From: the human T2T-CHM13v2.0 reference genome, Homo sapiens
Assembly: GCF_009914755.1 (NCBI RefSeq)
Contig: NC_060929.1
Length of the DNA stretch: 64,000 nucleotides
Reading direction: 5' to 3' (one strand)
The position numbers were made by a program, and so were the translations under genes. This document shows, in pieces, positions 40,637 to 53,060 of this stretch; position 1 is the stretch's first letter; every line of letters starts with the position of its first letter. The notes beneath the pieces are model-generated. The model saw only the letters and a program-made list of their open reading frames with translations. It ran no database searches and had not been told where the DNA came from.

Positions 40637-41250
40637 AGTAAGTAAAATCAGTCGGCATTGAAGAGCTTGTAATATATGATATGTGACAAACTGCACATGC
40701 TGAAGTGAAAGTATTAAAAATATAGACGTGAAGGGGAATTAATTTCAAACAGAGCTGCCTGGAAAGGTCTTTTAAGGAGGTATGCCTTGATCAGGGCTTT
40801 AAAGAAGATGAAGGCAAGCCGTGCAGAGATGGGCCAGGAGGAGATTTCAGGGAGGTCAGCAGAGCCATGACAGAGGAGGATTCAGGGATACTATTGGAGT
40901 GAATCTAGTTCTGAGAAAGGAGAAGGTAAGATCAAAACAAAGTCTAATATCACAAGAAGTTTGATTGTGGTCAGAAATACAGAGAGCCTGAATTCAGTCA
41001 AATAGAGAGGTACTCTGTTGTTAGCTTTAAATTATGGAGAAACCTACTCTTTCCATCTTCCTCCATCTAAAATTACATTTAAGAGATGGGTTCCTGAGGA
41101 ATTACTGCAAGGAAAGAAATTAAATTTAGAGAGGAAAGAAATAATTTCAGGGATGTTCTGAAAACTCTATAATGCCTTGGACATGCCCTGGTTTGTAGTA
41201 TTTAACATGTGGTCGTTTCTATTTATGTGACTGTCTTCATTAAATGCATC

Positions 41251-41695
41251 CTGTCTTAATTTCCTAGGGCTGTCACAACATATTACCAGCAACTGGGTGA
41301 CTTACCATGATAGAAATGTATTTCTCACAGTTCTAGAGGCTGGAGGTCTGAACTAAAAATGTCAACAGTGCTGTGCTCCCTTTGAATGCTCTAGAGGAGA
41401 TCTCTGCTGCTTCCTGGCTTCTGGTGGCTCCTGGCAATTTATGGCGTTCCTTGACTTGCAGACCCTTACTCCAATCTCTGTCTCTGTCTGCACATGGCCT
41501 TCTTCCCGGTGTGTCTCTGTGTCCTCTCCTCTTCTTCTTAGAACACCTTTTATTGGATGGAGGGCCCAACGCAATGGAGTATGTCCTCATCTCAAGCTAA
41601 CTAATTATATCTGCAAAGATTCTGTTTCCAAAGAAGGTCGCATCCTGAGGCTCTGGGTGGACATGAATTTTGGGGGAGCACTATTCAACCCACCA
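41251..41695 (-). mobile_element. MLT1C-like LTR
   Basis: ttcctagggctgtcacaaca...ctcacagttctagaggctggaggtctgaa...catgaattttgggggagcactattcaaccca. Confidence 0.85.
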
Positions 41696-42093
41696 CTTAG
41701 CCGGTTTATGTTTTAACCCATAGAGCCTAGCCTGGAATTTGACATAAAATTGTAACCTCTCAATTTTTGCTGAATACAGAAGTGGATCTGCAGTGCCCAT
41801 GAATGATGTGGCATTGCTAAAAAATAAAACATGGGAGAGAAAACAACGGAAGAAAAGGGAATTGGGAAAGAGAAAAGAAGCATCTCAAATTTTGCTGGGA
41901 GATATAAATCCAAAGTTTGTGTCAGGGCCTATAAGGGCTTATTAGATTTGGTCTCAGCCTGCCTCCACCTCCTTGAACCTTAACCTTCTTCCAGCTTCTG
42001 TAGGTCCTATGCCCTTTGCTGGAAACATCACTCTCCCCATTCTGTACGTCACTCACTCCAACATTCTTCAGCTCCTGGCTTCAAGGGCACCTC

Positions 42094-42549
42094 TTTTTTT
42101 TTTTCTTTGACGGAGTCTCGCTCTGTCACCAGACTGGCAACAGATCTTGGCTCACTGCAAACTCTGCCTCCTGGCTTCAAATGATTCTCCTGCCTCAGCC
42201 TCCCAAGTAGCTGGGACTACAGGCATGCACCACCACACCCAGCTAAGTTTTGTATTTTTTTTTTTTTTTTTGAAGGAGTCTTGCTCTGTCGCCCAGCTGG
42301 AGTACAGTGGTGTGATCTCGGCTCACTGCAAGCTCCGCCTCCCGGGTTCATGCCATTCTCCTGCCTCAGCCTCCAGAGTATCTGGGACTACAGGTGCCCG
42401 CCACCGCGCCCAGCTAATTTTTTGTATTTTTAATAGAGGCGGGATTTCACGGTGTTGGCCAGGGTTGTCTCTATCTCCTGACCTCGTGAACCACCCACCT
42501 TGGCCTCCCAAAGTGCTGGGATTACAAGAATGAGCCACCATGCCCAGCC
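42094..42549 (-). mobile_element. Composite trimeric Alu: AluSc with an AluY right arm in its linker
   Basis: Two right arms and one left arm; the inner arm (about 42255-42410) has Y-diagnostic gcaagctccgcc/ccattctc; outer TSD ggcacctc at 42086-42093 and 42553-42560. Confidence 0.9.
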
Positions 42550-43664
42550 AATGGCACCTCTTTAAAAAGGTGACATCTCTGCCAGTGCTCTACAAGACCT
42601 CATATCTTTTTTTTTGTTGTTGTTAGCAGCCATCAGAGTTTGGAATAATGTTTTTAATAATATAGTCATTTTTATGTCTCACCCTCTGCCAGACCAGCAG
42701 TTACGTGAAGATATGCTCACTGCAGTCTTTCCAGCCAGGGTGTTTGATAGGTCCTTCCGAATAACAGACTTTCAGATAGTTTAAGACTATTACCGTGTCT
42801 AACCTCAGGCTTTTTCCACCTGCACAGCCCACCTGCCCTTTGAGGCAACCCCATCCTCTTCTCCACCCCATGTCTGCTGAGCATAAAGGCAAAGCACAGA
42901 CACAGGGCAGCGTTCAAGGCAGTCACCCACGACCACACAGGCTGGTGTTCAGGCTGTTTGTGCTCTGATTCCATCATTTGTGAACTCCTGACTCTACCTT
43001 GAGATCACAGCTTTGCACCCTCCTGTAGGCTTGCACTTTCCCCATCCTGCAAGGCTCTCCAGTTCTCTGTAGACCCCAGTGTAACCCACTCCTTTGGTTC
43101 CAATCTTCTTCCCATCACTTCAATTTGGAGCCAGTTCCCTGACTCTGTTCCTATGGCTGTGGCCAGCTCTGGGGCAGATAGTGTGGGAGGCAGAGTGGAC
43201 CAGGGGTGCTGTAGGAAGATCATCACACCAGGCTATGAATTGCTTCCCTGGGCTGATGACTCACCTCTCAACGAAGGCCTTCTAAAGCACGATGCTTACA
43301 ATAAAATGCGTGTGACCTGCCTGGGTGAATTAGTGAGGGGCAGATTCTGGACCTTGAATTTGCCCTGATGCTGCATAGGCCCCCGTGGCCAGATCTTCCA
43401 ACACTGCTTGTTCCTATTTAGTTTACCTTCCACTAAAACCTCCAAAATCATTTCCACACTGATGCTAAATTATAGTTCTCCCCAAACTCATGAAGCTAGG
43501 TATTTTTAAGTATACAACCTGATTTCAAAATTTAACCCTACTAAATTTTATGTTGTTACAGTCAATCTATCCTTGCAGTAAGCTGAGATTGCTGTACATG
43601 ATTTTTAAAGAAAATACTAGAGTCTATCTAGTTATAAGGATGCTGGTGTCTCTTAGGTAGATGG

Positions 43665-43895
43665 AAGCTTTCCTCTGAGCACAGAATCTGGAGTCTGACC
43701 ACCTGGAGTTCAGTGATGCTTCCTCCGCTTTGCTTGTCTGATGTTGGTCCCTTGTTCAACCTCTTTGTGACTCAGTTTTGCAACTGTAAAATTAGAGAGT
43801 AGAGTTGTCGTGAGCTTTAACGAGGTAACCCAGGTAAAGAGCTTAGTGAAGTGCCTGGCGAATTCTTCCTGCTAAGTAAATGTGAGCCATTATTC
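43665..43895 (+). mobile_element. MIR
   Basis: tctggagtctgaccacctggagttc...aacctctttgtgactcagtttt...gtaaagagcttagtgaagtgcctggc. Confidence 0.75.
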
Positions 43896-44877
43896 TGACC
43901 ACCATTTATTATTAAAGCCACCCATGCCAGCATTTTTCTCAGCAAATCATTTTGTCAGAGGACTGCGAACCTAGTCATTGGCCAAATATTAGGTGCTAAA
44001 GAAAACTTCCTGTTATGAAGATTCCTCTTTCTCTTACAAATATAGTACATCCTTTTAAAAACAATGTAGTTGAGAATCTGTAATGCACCTGATGTTTAGA
44101 GCAGCTTCCCTGACATTTATTCACTGAACCCAGGTGGAATGATGGGCATCGGTCTTGTCTTTAAGACACAAAAGTCAGGAAATGGGGACACAGAAGGGAA
44201 ACACTGCATTTTCCAAATGTGAGTCATGGACTCAAGATGTTAATGAGCTTTCTATGAGAATGGTTCTCTGAAGACATCTGCCTGGAAGATAAGATTAAAT
44301 AAAATTAAACAGGCTTGTAGTCAAGCTTCTTAAAGTCCTTTTGGTCATGGGAAGTCCGTGAGTACCAGTGCCCTTCTGAATGGGGTGGCCTGGTAGGGTA
44401 GACAGAGTATGGGCTGTGTAGCCAGGTACACCTGTTCTAGCCTCCTTGCTAGGTCAGTGAGTTGTGTAAAAGGGGGGGGGGGTTATTGCATGTATCTAAG
44501 CCTTATTGTACTCCACCCTAAATTGGGTATAATACCTGCTTTGCAAGATTCTCCTGTGGATTACAGAGGACTTATGTTAAACCTGAGCACAGTGTCAAGC
44601 TCTTACTTAGTAGGTATTCTATACATGGTAGGTAAACTTAGTATTCTAAACTGCAATCAGGATCTCAAATAAACCTATGACAGAACCTAACACGTTTAAT
44701 TCTGTGGTTCTTTGTTTCAAACTTTCTGTTGTCTTAATGCATTATCTTCTCTCCCTGAAGAACTTGGTTTTGATAACTCAAATAAAAACTGTTTCATGTC
44801 CACTGTACGGCAGCTACATGGGGTGTATGTGTAATCATGTATCCAAGAAGGAAATATTACATATTTCATGCTTCAGG

Positions 44878-44891
44878 TGCCACCTAGGGTC
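44878..44891 (-). promoter_or_regulatory. Candidate CTCF core motif
   Basis: Reverse strand reads ACCCTAGGTGGCAC, two mismatches to CCASYAGRKGGCRS. Confidence 0.25.
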
Positions 44892-45360
44892 CAGAAATGA
44901 TGGGCATGTATAGAACATTTAAACAGGGTAATTGGGAAGAGTTTACCAGGGACTTTTACAAAGTTGAAGACAGAGTTAAGAAGGACCCTAAAAGAGATGG
45001 GAAGTTCCCTGGTGGGTAGCTCCTGGGCCTGACAGGACAAAAGGAGAGATACTCCTGGGGCACTAGCCAGAACTGGGAGAGGGCGGTCACTGTCTGGGGA
45101 GAAGACTTTGTGTGGCAGAGGAATGGCTGACTTGGGAGATGCTGGATAGTAAATACCCTGACTTCTCTCTTCTCCTTCCCAGCCTGTTTCTGCTGGGCTG
45201 CCCGTTACTCAGTTCCAAATAGGAGCCAGAGAGCAAAGGAGCCTTAGTAGTATATATTAATGTAGCCCTTAGAGATCTGGCTGCTGGGCTCCAAACAGGG
45301 TACAGAAGGTTCCAAAGTGGGTCTGCTGGTGGAACAATCGCAGAAGCTGATTCCCAAGAG
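44880..45360 (-). mobile_element. LTR33-like ERVL LTR
   Basis: gggacttttacaaag...aaataccctgacttctctcttctccttccc...gagccagagagcaaaggagcc; diverged. Confidence 0.55.
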
Positions 45361-46476
45361 TGTCCCGTGAAAAACATCCATTTAATACCCACATTGCAAG
45401 CACAACAAGTATTTTTGTTTAATCCTTAAGGAGTGAATCACTGTGTCATCTTGGAGCTTTACCAATAGCAAACCACTGTGATGTTATGATAATGACCAGA
45501 GCCCACTCAATTTTATATATTCCTAAAGGCAGGAAAAATAACAGGGAAATGGTATTATAATGCACCTGACATCGTAGCTGTCAAGCATTGTGTGTTAAAG
45601 CAAACTCTTCTGGACCTCATGATTAAATGATGCCATGGAGTATCTTCCCAGGGGTTTAAGAGGAAGCAGAAACGAGGGTATTTTCACATTACTTGTCCTT
45701 TCTGTTTGATTCACCATGGATTCATTGTGAACCCAGTTAGTCATGTGCTGGTGGATAACCCAGCAAGATGTATTCCTCCTCATTCCAGCCCATCCTTTCA
45801 AAGGTAAGACTGTGCCATTTACATCCATAATGCATCCTGGAAAACGTTTGAAAGCTCAATGTCTGAACGTCAAGCAGTTGATTTTGTATTAATTCATGTG
45901 GGGTGAGGGAAGGCAGTATTTTCATTCCCCGGGATTTAAACAGTGTGATGAAATACCTAAAAGCAGTGATGTTGGAGTTACCTTTCAGGAAGGTAAAGAC
46001 TTTGACAGGGTTCCAATGAGACCTGGACAGAAGGCGTCCGGCTTTCTCCAGGGGTCTGGAAAACTGACTCAAGGACCCTGCTTTGTTCATGCTCTACAGC
46101 ACCACCTCCCTATCATCAACTCAGCTACAGGACCAGCTGGATGGATCCATGAGACTGTCCTTGGTGCCTGCAGAGAAGCAGTGGAGGGATGAGGCCCCCT
46201 CTCCTGCCACAGTAGCATAGACCAAGTGTCCCTTAGCTGACAGTACCTTGATGCTCACACCAGTGGGGTTCCCAACCCTATAGTCCATCTTCTGCGGCAC
46301 CTGTAGTCTAGCTGGATGACAAAAGGGAAGAATCGAGGAGAGGGAGAGTCAGACCAGGAACTGTCATGGGGGAAGGGGAAGATTAGGTAGGAGAAAGTCT
46401 ACTTCCAAGCCAGCCAACCTTCAACCTTCCTGCGTGTGCAAGCTGCATGCCTCTGGGGACAGGGAAGGGAGGGGAG

Positions 46477-46508
46477 CTGCAGTGCCTTCTGCAGCTGGCA
46501 GATGGAGG
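46477..46508 (+). promoter_or_regulatory. Candidate extended CTCF site (upstream module plus weak core)
   Basis: CTGCAGTGCC, 8-nt spacer, then CTGGCAGATGGAGG. Confidence 0.35.
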
Positions 46509-46577
46509 AGCCTTCCCCTGGTGCAGTGCGGTGCCACCATGTTGTAGCTGGAAGTCCTGGATCCCCAAGTGAGGAAG

Positions 46578-47010
46578 TGTCTTCCTCTCCTAGGGCCGCT
46601 GTACCAAATACTGCAAATGTGGTGCCTTGAAACAACAGAAGTTTATTCTTTCATGGTTCTGGAGGCCAGAAGTCTGAAATCAGGTGTCAGCAGGGCTGTA
46701 CTCCCTTGGAAGGGTCTGGGGAGACTCCCTCGCATCTCCCAGATTCTGGGGACTGCAGGAGTTCCTGGCTGGAAACTTCAAGGCTCCTATCATTGCCTTG
46801 TCTCACACACTTTCTCCTCCATGTCTGTCCTCTGATGTCTCTTATAAGGATACTTATTATTGGATTTGGGGCCCATTTGGATAATCTAGATGATCATATT
46901 CCAAGATCATCATTTTAATTATATCTGCAAAAAACGTTTTCCAAATAAGGTGACGTTGCTAGGTTCAAGAGGTTAGAACATGAACATATCTTTATGGAGG
47001 CAACCCACTG
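46578..47010 (-). mobile_element. MLT1 (C/D-like) LTR
   Basis: aacaacagaagtttattctttcatggttctggaggccagaagtctgaaatcaggtgtcagcagggc...cttataaggatac...ttccaaataaggt. Confidence 0.85.
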
Positions 47011-47109
47011 TGGGTAGGAACACAAAAGCCCTGGGTGCAAAGGTGTTTTAGGAGTTTAGTGCACTGTATAGTAACTTAAGTTCAGACCTGCCTAGACTGA
47101 TTTCTTATG

Positions 47110-47238
47110 ATAATAATTTGTTCATTTATTCAACAAATACTTGAGTGCCTCTTAAGCCAGATTCTAACAGACACTGGGTATAGAACAGTGAAGAAGATGA
47201 ATTTGATATCTGCCCTGATTGTGGCAGAGTTAGAGTTT
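47110..47238 (-). mobile_element. L2 3' end fragment
   Basis: ttcatttattcaacaaatacttgagtgcct...gacactgggtatagaacagtgaa. Confidence 0.75.
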
Positions 47239-49677
47239 CTGCAGTGTGTTGTCTTACATAAAAACACAGCAACAACACAACTACAGCATGAAACTTTAAC
47301 GACTTTAAATCCCTAGCCATGTGCGCCTCTCCCATGTTATCCTGCCCACACTATGCACACACTTCATCCTGTTTTCACTTCAGTGGCAACGCATTTTTGG
47401 AAACAAAGTTCTCTCGTGCCTGTGACTGCCAAAACCTGTTCTCATCCAGATAAATCAGTCACTAGGTTTATGATGCCATCTCGTTTAAGCATATTTGCAT
47501 CTTAGCAAGGAGCCACAGCAAGGGGATAAGCATTCTCTTCTCCTATGGAGTGTAACACAAATGTTATCTCTGTTGGCTAAAAGCGGAATAGACAGTCTAC
47601 TTGTACTCCAGAATGCCTTTCTGTACATTTGCACCAGTTCCATAGAAAGTTTTTAACACTCAGACTGTTTCCATAGTATTTTACATTGTTAATCATTTAA
47701 TCAACTGCAGTGACATCTCCTGGCTGAGATGAGAGATTACTGGTAGACATTTTTTAAGGGAATAGAAAATTACAACAATGTTAAAGAAATAAAAGAAATT
47801 ATGTTTGCCAAATGTTTTTGTTTTAAGGCCATCAGCATTTTATAGGCTCCTATTCTAAGTACCCCTAAGTTCAGGAACAACAAATGACTGAAATTTTAAA
47901 AGGTTAGAATTAATAGTATCTCCCTTGACTTAAGATGAGTAAATAAAACAGGAAGACGTGTTTTAAAATTGGCAAACTCTTGTGGGAAATACTGCCAGAG
48001 CCTTATAAATGGGGTAGTGAAGGTTTTTTGCTCACAGATTCTGGGGCTTTCTCTTATCTTTGAGCGTGAGTTGGGTGAGCAGCTTTGTGAACAGTATCTT
48101 TCATTTTATCTTAACAACTTTGGGATACAAGGCTAACCAGTGATCACACAATTGTATGCTGACGTTAGTCTCCTCTGTTCCTGCCTTACAACAAAAAAGC
48201 TATTGTTTGCAACCTAATAATAATGTAAGAGGGGAGAGGCGAAAAAAACAACACAAAAGGTTTTTCCTCTATAGTTAGAAATTTGGTTTCAATACAGGCC
48301 AGAGAGCAAGCAGGGTGCATTTCCTGTGGGAAATACTTTTCAACTGTTTTGTTTTGTTTTGTTTTAGCTTTATTGCTTAGTGTGATGCCTTAGCATGAAC
48401 TGCTTATGAAACTTTTAAAGATATGTTAAGATTCAGGCAGGTGGACAACAAGCTCAGCCAGAGGCAGCCTTCTGTGTGATTCTGCATCTCCTCTTTGCTG
48501 GCTACACCCTATGTCCAGTCTGGTTTCTGTTTGTATGTTTTGTTTTTCTATAGCCTTCTCTTCCTCCAGACATCCCTCAAAAGCAATTCAGGGGGAGAGA
48601 ATTCATGGCTCTTACTTGAGAGAATAGAAGACCTCTGAGAAATGATGGTGGTTAGGGCTGGGAGAGGAAGTAATAGGTATTTACACTCACAGAACTAGCA
48701 AGATGTTTTCCGTATATCATCATTTGACTAGATTTTTTCTAAATGTATGATTGTTTGCAGTTCAGAACAATATAGCTAAAAGTGGATTCATTTGTTCACA
48801 CTGGCATTTTAAATGTATGTCAATTCTGGAAGCCTAATGTAATTGTCAGAAGCTGATGCAGTTTCTAGGTAGGAATTCTAAAAAAGGTATGCCTACCGGC
48901 CAGATATTGCAGTTGTCATCTATGTACCTTTTTAATGAGGTAAACTTGCAAATTTATGTCTTATAGCATGACTAATTGGAGAGAAAAAAGCCTTCTTTAA
49001 GGACTCAGTCACAGAGTTATCTGCCAACTAATGATGTGTCTGATCATTAAAATCAGCTTATGGATTTTGTTCATGGGTTTTTCAGGAAGCAAGTATGGAT
49101 GCCACATTGTTCTTTAGATGGGGAGGTGGGACAAAATAGGGGAGAAGGTAATATGTTTATTTCAATTTGGAAGGAAATAAGCACACACCTTACATATGTT
49201 TGCCTATTCAGAGATCCACTATACCTGAGCATCTCATTGATTTCAGAGGCACACTCATCCGATTGCCACTATAAATATAACAGATCAAGAGAAAAGGGAG
49301 CTACATCTTAAAACTGGGAATAATAGTGGTCCAAAAACTGTCAAATTTCTTATTCTTAAATGTTTTCCTAATAACCCATAATCTATTTTGTCCTATATAT
49401 TTCAGTGCTATATATTCTCCCTTGAATTGATTGCCTGCAGAGTAAATTGTTAAATTGTGAATAAATCTTGAGATGTAATAGGATTCTCAGAATCAACTTT
49501 GAAAATTTCAGAATGGTTTTCTGCCATAGAAACCAACAATGCCTTGTTAGCTAAGGAAAAATAAACCAGATCTTTTTCTATGAATTATAACGATGATAAG
49601 AGCACAATTTCCAATAAATAGCCAACAGGAAAGACCCATTGGACTCAGCCCAAAGGGCAGGTGAGTCCTCTAACATT

Positions 49678-49902
49678 AGAGGGTGGAAAACTGCAGCCCT
49701 CGGGCCAAATCTGTCCTTTCCCTACTTTTATAAATAAAATGTTATTGGAACATAGCCATGCCATTTGTTTATACATCATCTATGGCTGCTTCTGCACTAT
49801 GATGGCAGAGTTGAATAGTTGCAACAGAGACCATTTGGCCTGCAAAGCCTAAAATATTTACCACCCATCTTGTTACAGAAAAAAAAAATTGCCAAGCCTT
49901 GT
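49678..49902 (+). mobile_element. MER58A MITE
   Basis: cgggccaaatctg...aaataaaatgttattggaacatagccatg...gagttgaatagttgcaacagagacc...aaagcctaaaatattta. Confidence 0.9.
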
Positions 49903-50614
49903 TCAACAATTTTATCTCTGTTTAGAATTGGCATCAGTTCCTGATCCAAACTTCCAAAATGAAAGTAAAATCCTGGGTACAGACACAGGTAATTGCAGGA
50001 GAGAAAAACGTCAAAGCAGTCAGGTTTTATACCCTGCCGTGACATCCATTTCTCATATGCTTTACAAGTGAGAGAAGCATCCAGAGCTTACAGCACCTCA
50101 GCAGGGAGTATTTTCCCTCTCTTTGGCACCATCCAGGGCTCACCGGGATCCATTGTGTGAGGCCAATAAGGATTACAGAATTCCTTCCACAACCTGAGGT
50201 ATTGATTAGGTTGGCCAAGTCAATGCTAAAATTAGGCACAGACTAGGAGGCACGGAATGGATTTTAGAACGTGCGTGATGAGATCCAGAGCTACTCAGTG
50301 GGAGATTCAGAGAAGCACTGCAGAATGGGTGCTTTACTGTAACTGAGTTTTATTTTTACATACATACAAGTGGTAGTTGAAGGGACTGCACATTTACCAT
50401 AATTCTCATAAACCAGTATATATTTTTGCTGGCTTTAAAAAATACCAATTATTTGTAGATAGTCTGAACGACAAAGTAAGTTTCAAAAAAATGTGACATA
50501 GCTGAGTGACCATCTTGGCTCTTGCTATGTGTATAGCTTTGAAAGTGATTCAGTTTTGCCTTGTTGGTTAATCTCCTTGCTGTGAAAACAGAGGTTGGGC
50601 ACAGCATACAAGAC

Positions 50615-50746
50615 TAGGGTGACCAATAAAATAGGTCATCAAGTCCCAACATGCTTAACTATGAAAGTACCACTAGAACTAATTAAACCAGGTCAACAGC
50701 TGTAATGTAGGACCCTCCCAGAGGAACGTGATATGTGGTCTCTCTA
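50615..50746 (+). mobile_element. MER94-like hAT-Blackjack MITE
   Basis: TIR-like tagggtgacca ... tggtctctcta, internal taattaaaccaggtcaacagctgtaa. Confidence 0.6.
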
Positions 50747-51899
50747 TATAAACATGTGACACCTGTTTCTGCCTGTGGTTTGAAAGTGCTTGGCTTCAGA
50801 ACTGGGCTAGAACATACAGAACCTTTGTGAGAATAGGAAGAAGGTACTGCTTTCTGAGACCAGTTAGCAATAGGATCTCCCATCTTCTGGGCTGATGCTC
50901 TCTTGTTCCATAGGACATAGCTCACAGAGTGGTAGAATGAATCTCAATTCCCCAATTGGGCCCCCTGGCCAAATGTCTGGCAGGGCACAACCATATGTGG
51001 CTGTTCAGCTTGGCACCACACAATGGTAATGGCATTGAAAATAGGTTTGTGGGAATGTATGTTGCTCAAAATATGCAGCATTTTAACCTTGATCTAAAAT
51101 CAGTATTCTTTGAATGGTTACATGTTGGATAGTTGGAAATGACTAGATTTTAATAAAAACAAATTAAGACAGATTTCAGTAATAGCCTACAATTTAGACG
51201 AGAAATTTGGACGTCTGTGTTTTTAAAAATGTACGTTTATGCTCCTGAAAGAAATTATATGTTCTGAAAACTTGAAGTCATCTCAGTCATAGGAAATATT
51301 GGCTTTTAGATTTGCCCAGACCTTTCAGGGGAAAGTAATTTGGATTTTTTTCCACTTAATTTTCCAGATAATTGCTGTGGTTCCTCCCTATTTCTCCATT
51401 AATATAGCCCAGATGACAGAAGAGAGGTAGCAAAGAAAAATGTGAACGTGGAGAGGGAGGAATAACACAAAATGGCCATCATATTAAGAGCATTGGTGCC
51501 ATTTCACATAGTTCTTCCGACCACAGCTGTAGCAAACCACTCAGTCTGCTATTGTTCTTCATGTTCCTGGCAGACTCTACACTTTCTATTTGGAAAGACT
51601 GATCAGCAAACATATCTGTCTTGAAGCACACAGACACCCACAGGCTTGCCAGGCCCCTCCACCGCTCTGCTGACCTGAGACTCTCCTCTTCCCTTTGCTC
51701 AAGGATGTTGGAAAAGCAAATAAAAGCCACTTATACACTCTACTCTATGCATTTCTTTTCCTCCAGTTTCCCCTTTTCTTTGGATTAATTTAACTTCTGC
51801 TTATGAATCTGATAGTTCTTCCACATCGTTCTGAATTTCCTTCAGCACTGAAGAATTAACATTTTTAAAATTAAGTAACATTTTCCCAAAAAATGGAGC

Positions 51900-52100
51900 A
51901 GAAATAATTTATGTTTATATTTGTGCATGTAAAAGAAGTCTGTAGGATGCACAAAATTAATAAGAGAGGTGAACTTGGAAGGCGTTTGCTGATCAGACAA
52001 GAGATGGAATTGGAAGAAGACTTCTCACTATGTATCTTGTTTTTTCATTTATGATCTATATGAATATGTTACCTATTCAAGAAAATTAAAACTTTTTAAA
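51900..52100 (+). mobile_element. Old L1ME-like 3' end
   Basis: aagtctgtaggatgcacaaaattaataagagaggt...gacttctcactatgtatct...atgttacctattcaagaaaattaaa. Confidence 0.55.
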
Positions 52101-52753
52101 AATCAAAACACAGGCAAAAAGACAACAGTGACCTGAACAAATGCTTCATCAGCCTTCTCTCCCATAGTAGAACCTTGAAGGTCCAGCAGATATCCACATT
52201 TCTGAGAGAATGTGGTCGTCATTATATCAGAAGTTCTAGATTCATTTTTTTTCTAACTTTGGTCAGCCTTGAGGAAGATGAAATTCCCTGTTTGCAAATG
52301 AGGATTCTGACTTAGACTAAAAATGCAGTGCAATGATATCCAGGCAGTTGGCAGTACCACGTGGTGCATTGACACAGCCCCCTTTGCAGGAGTTGATTGC
52401 AAATAATCACACATTTTTCTATGTACTGACAACCAAGAAATAAGTTGTAAATGGGTGGCAGGTGCTCAGCACTGACCAGGCAATTGAATACAAGAGTGAA
52501 CAAGAGTTTTATTCTGCTGAGTGGAGCTCTCAGTGTAATTGAGGAAACAGTAATCTAAATGCACAATGTCCATGCACTGTCACAAGTAAAATGCATGTTG
52601 CAATACAAGACAGCTGACTCTAGAGTTCTGTGGATAGACAGAAGGAGCGACTGACCTCCTTTGAGACAGATAGAGGAAGAATGCATGTCTGCATCTCATT
52701 CCCATTGGAACAGCTGTAAAAGATCTTTTAGGTGCCTGCCCTAAACCCCTCCC

Positions 52754-53060
52754 TTTTTTTTTTTTTTTTTTTTTTTTGAGACAGAGTTTCACATTTGTTC
52801 CCCAGGCTTGAGTACAGTGGTGCGATGTCAGCTCACCTCAACCTCCGCCTCCTGGATTCAAGTGATTCTCCCTACCTCAGCCTCCCGAGTAGCTGGGATT
52901 ACAGGCATGTGCCACCATGCCTGGCTAATTTTGTATTTTTAGTAGAGACGGGGTTTGTCCACATTGGTCAGGCTGGTCTCGAACTCCCAACCTCAGGTGA
53001 TCCACCAGCCTCGGCCTCCCGAAGTGCTAGGATTACAGGCGTGAGCCACCACGCCCTGCC
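52754..53060 (-). mobile_element. AluSp-like
   Basis: Poly(T), gagtttcac, ttggtcaggctggtctcgaactcccaacctcaggtgatcc. Confidence 0.92.

Noticed and set aside
41179-41188. p53 half-site GGACATGCCC
   Set aside because: No second decamer at a workable spacing.
46151-46171. RE1/REST-like ctgtccttggtgc
   Set aside because: The essential GCTGA part of the half-site is broken.
50275-50346. C/D snoRNA-like spacing (GTGATGA ... CTGA, about 72 nt)
   Set aside because: The terminal stem is poor and I recognise no rRNA/snRNA antisense element; such box pairs occur often by chance.
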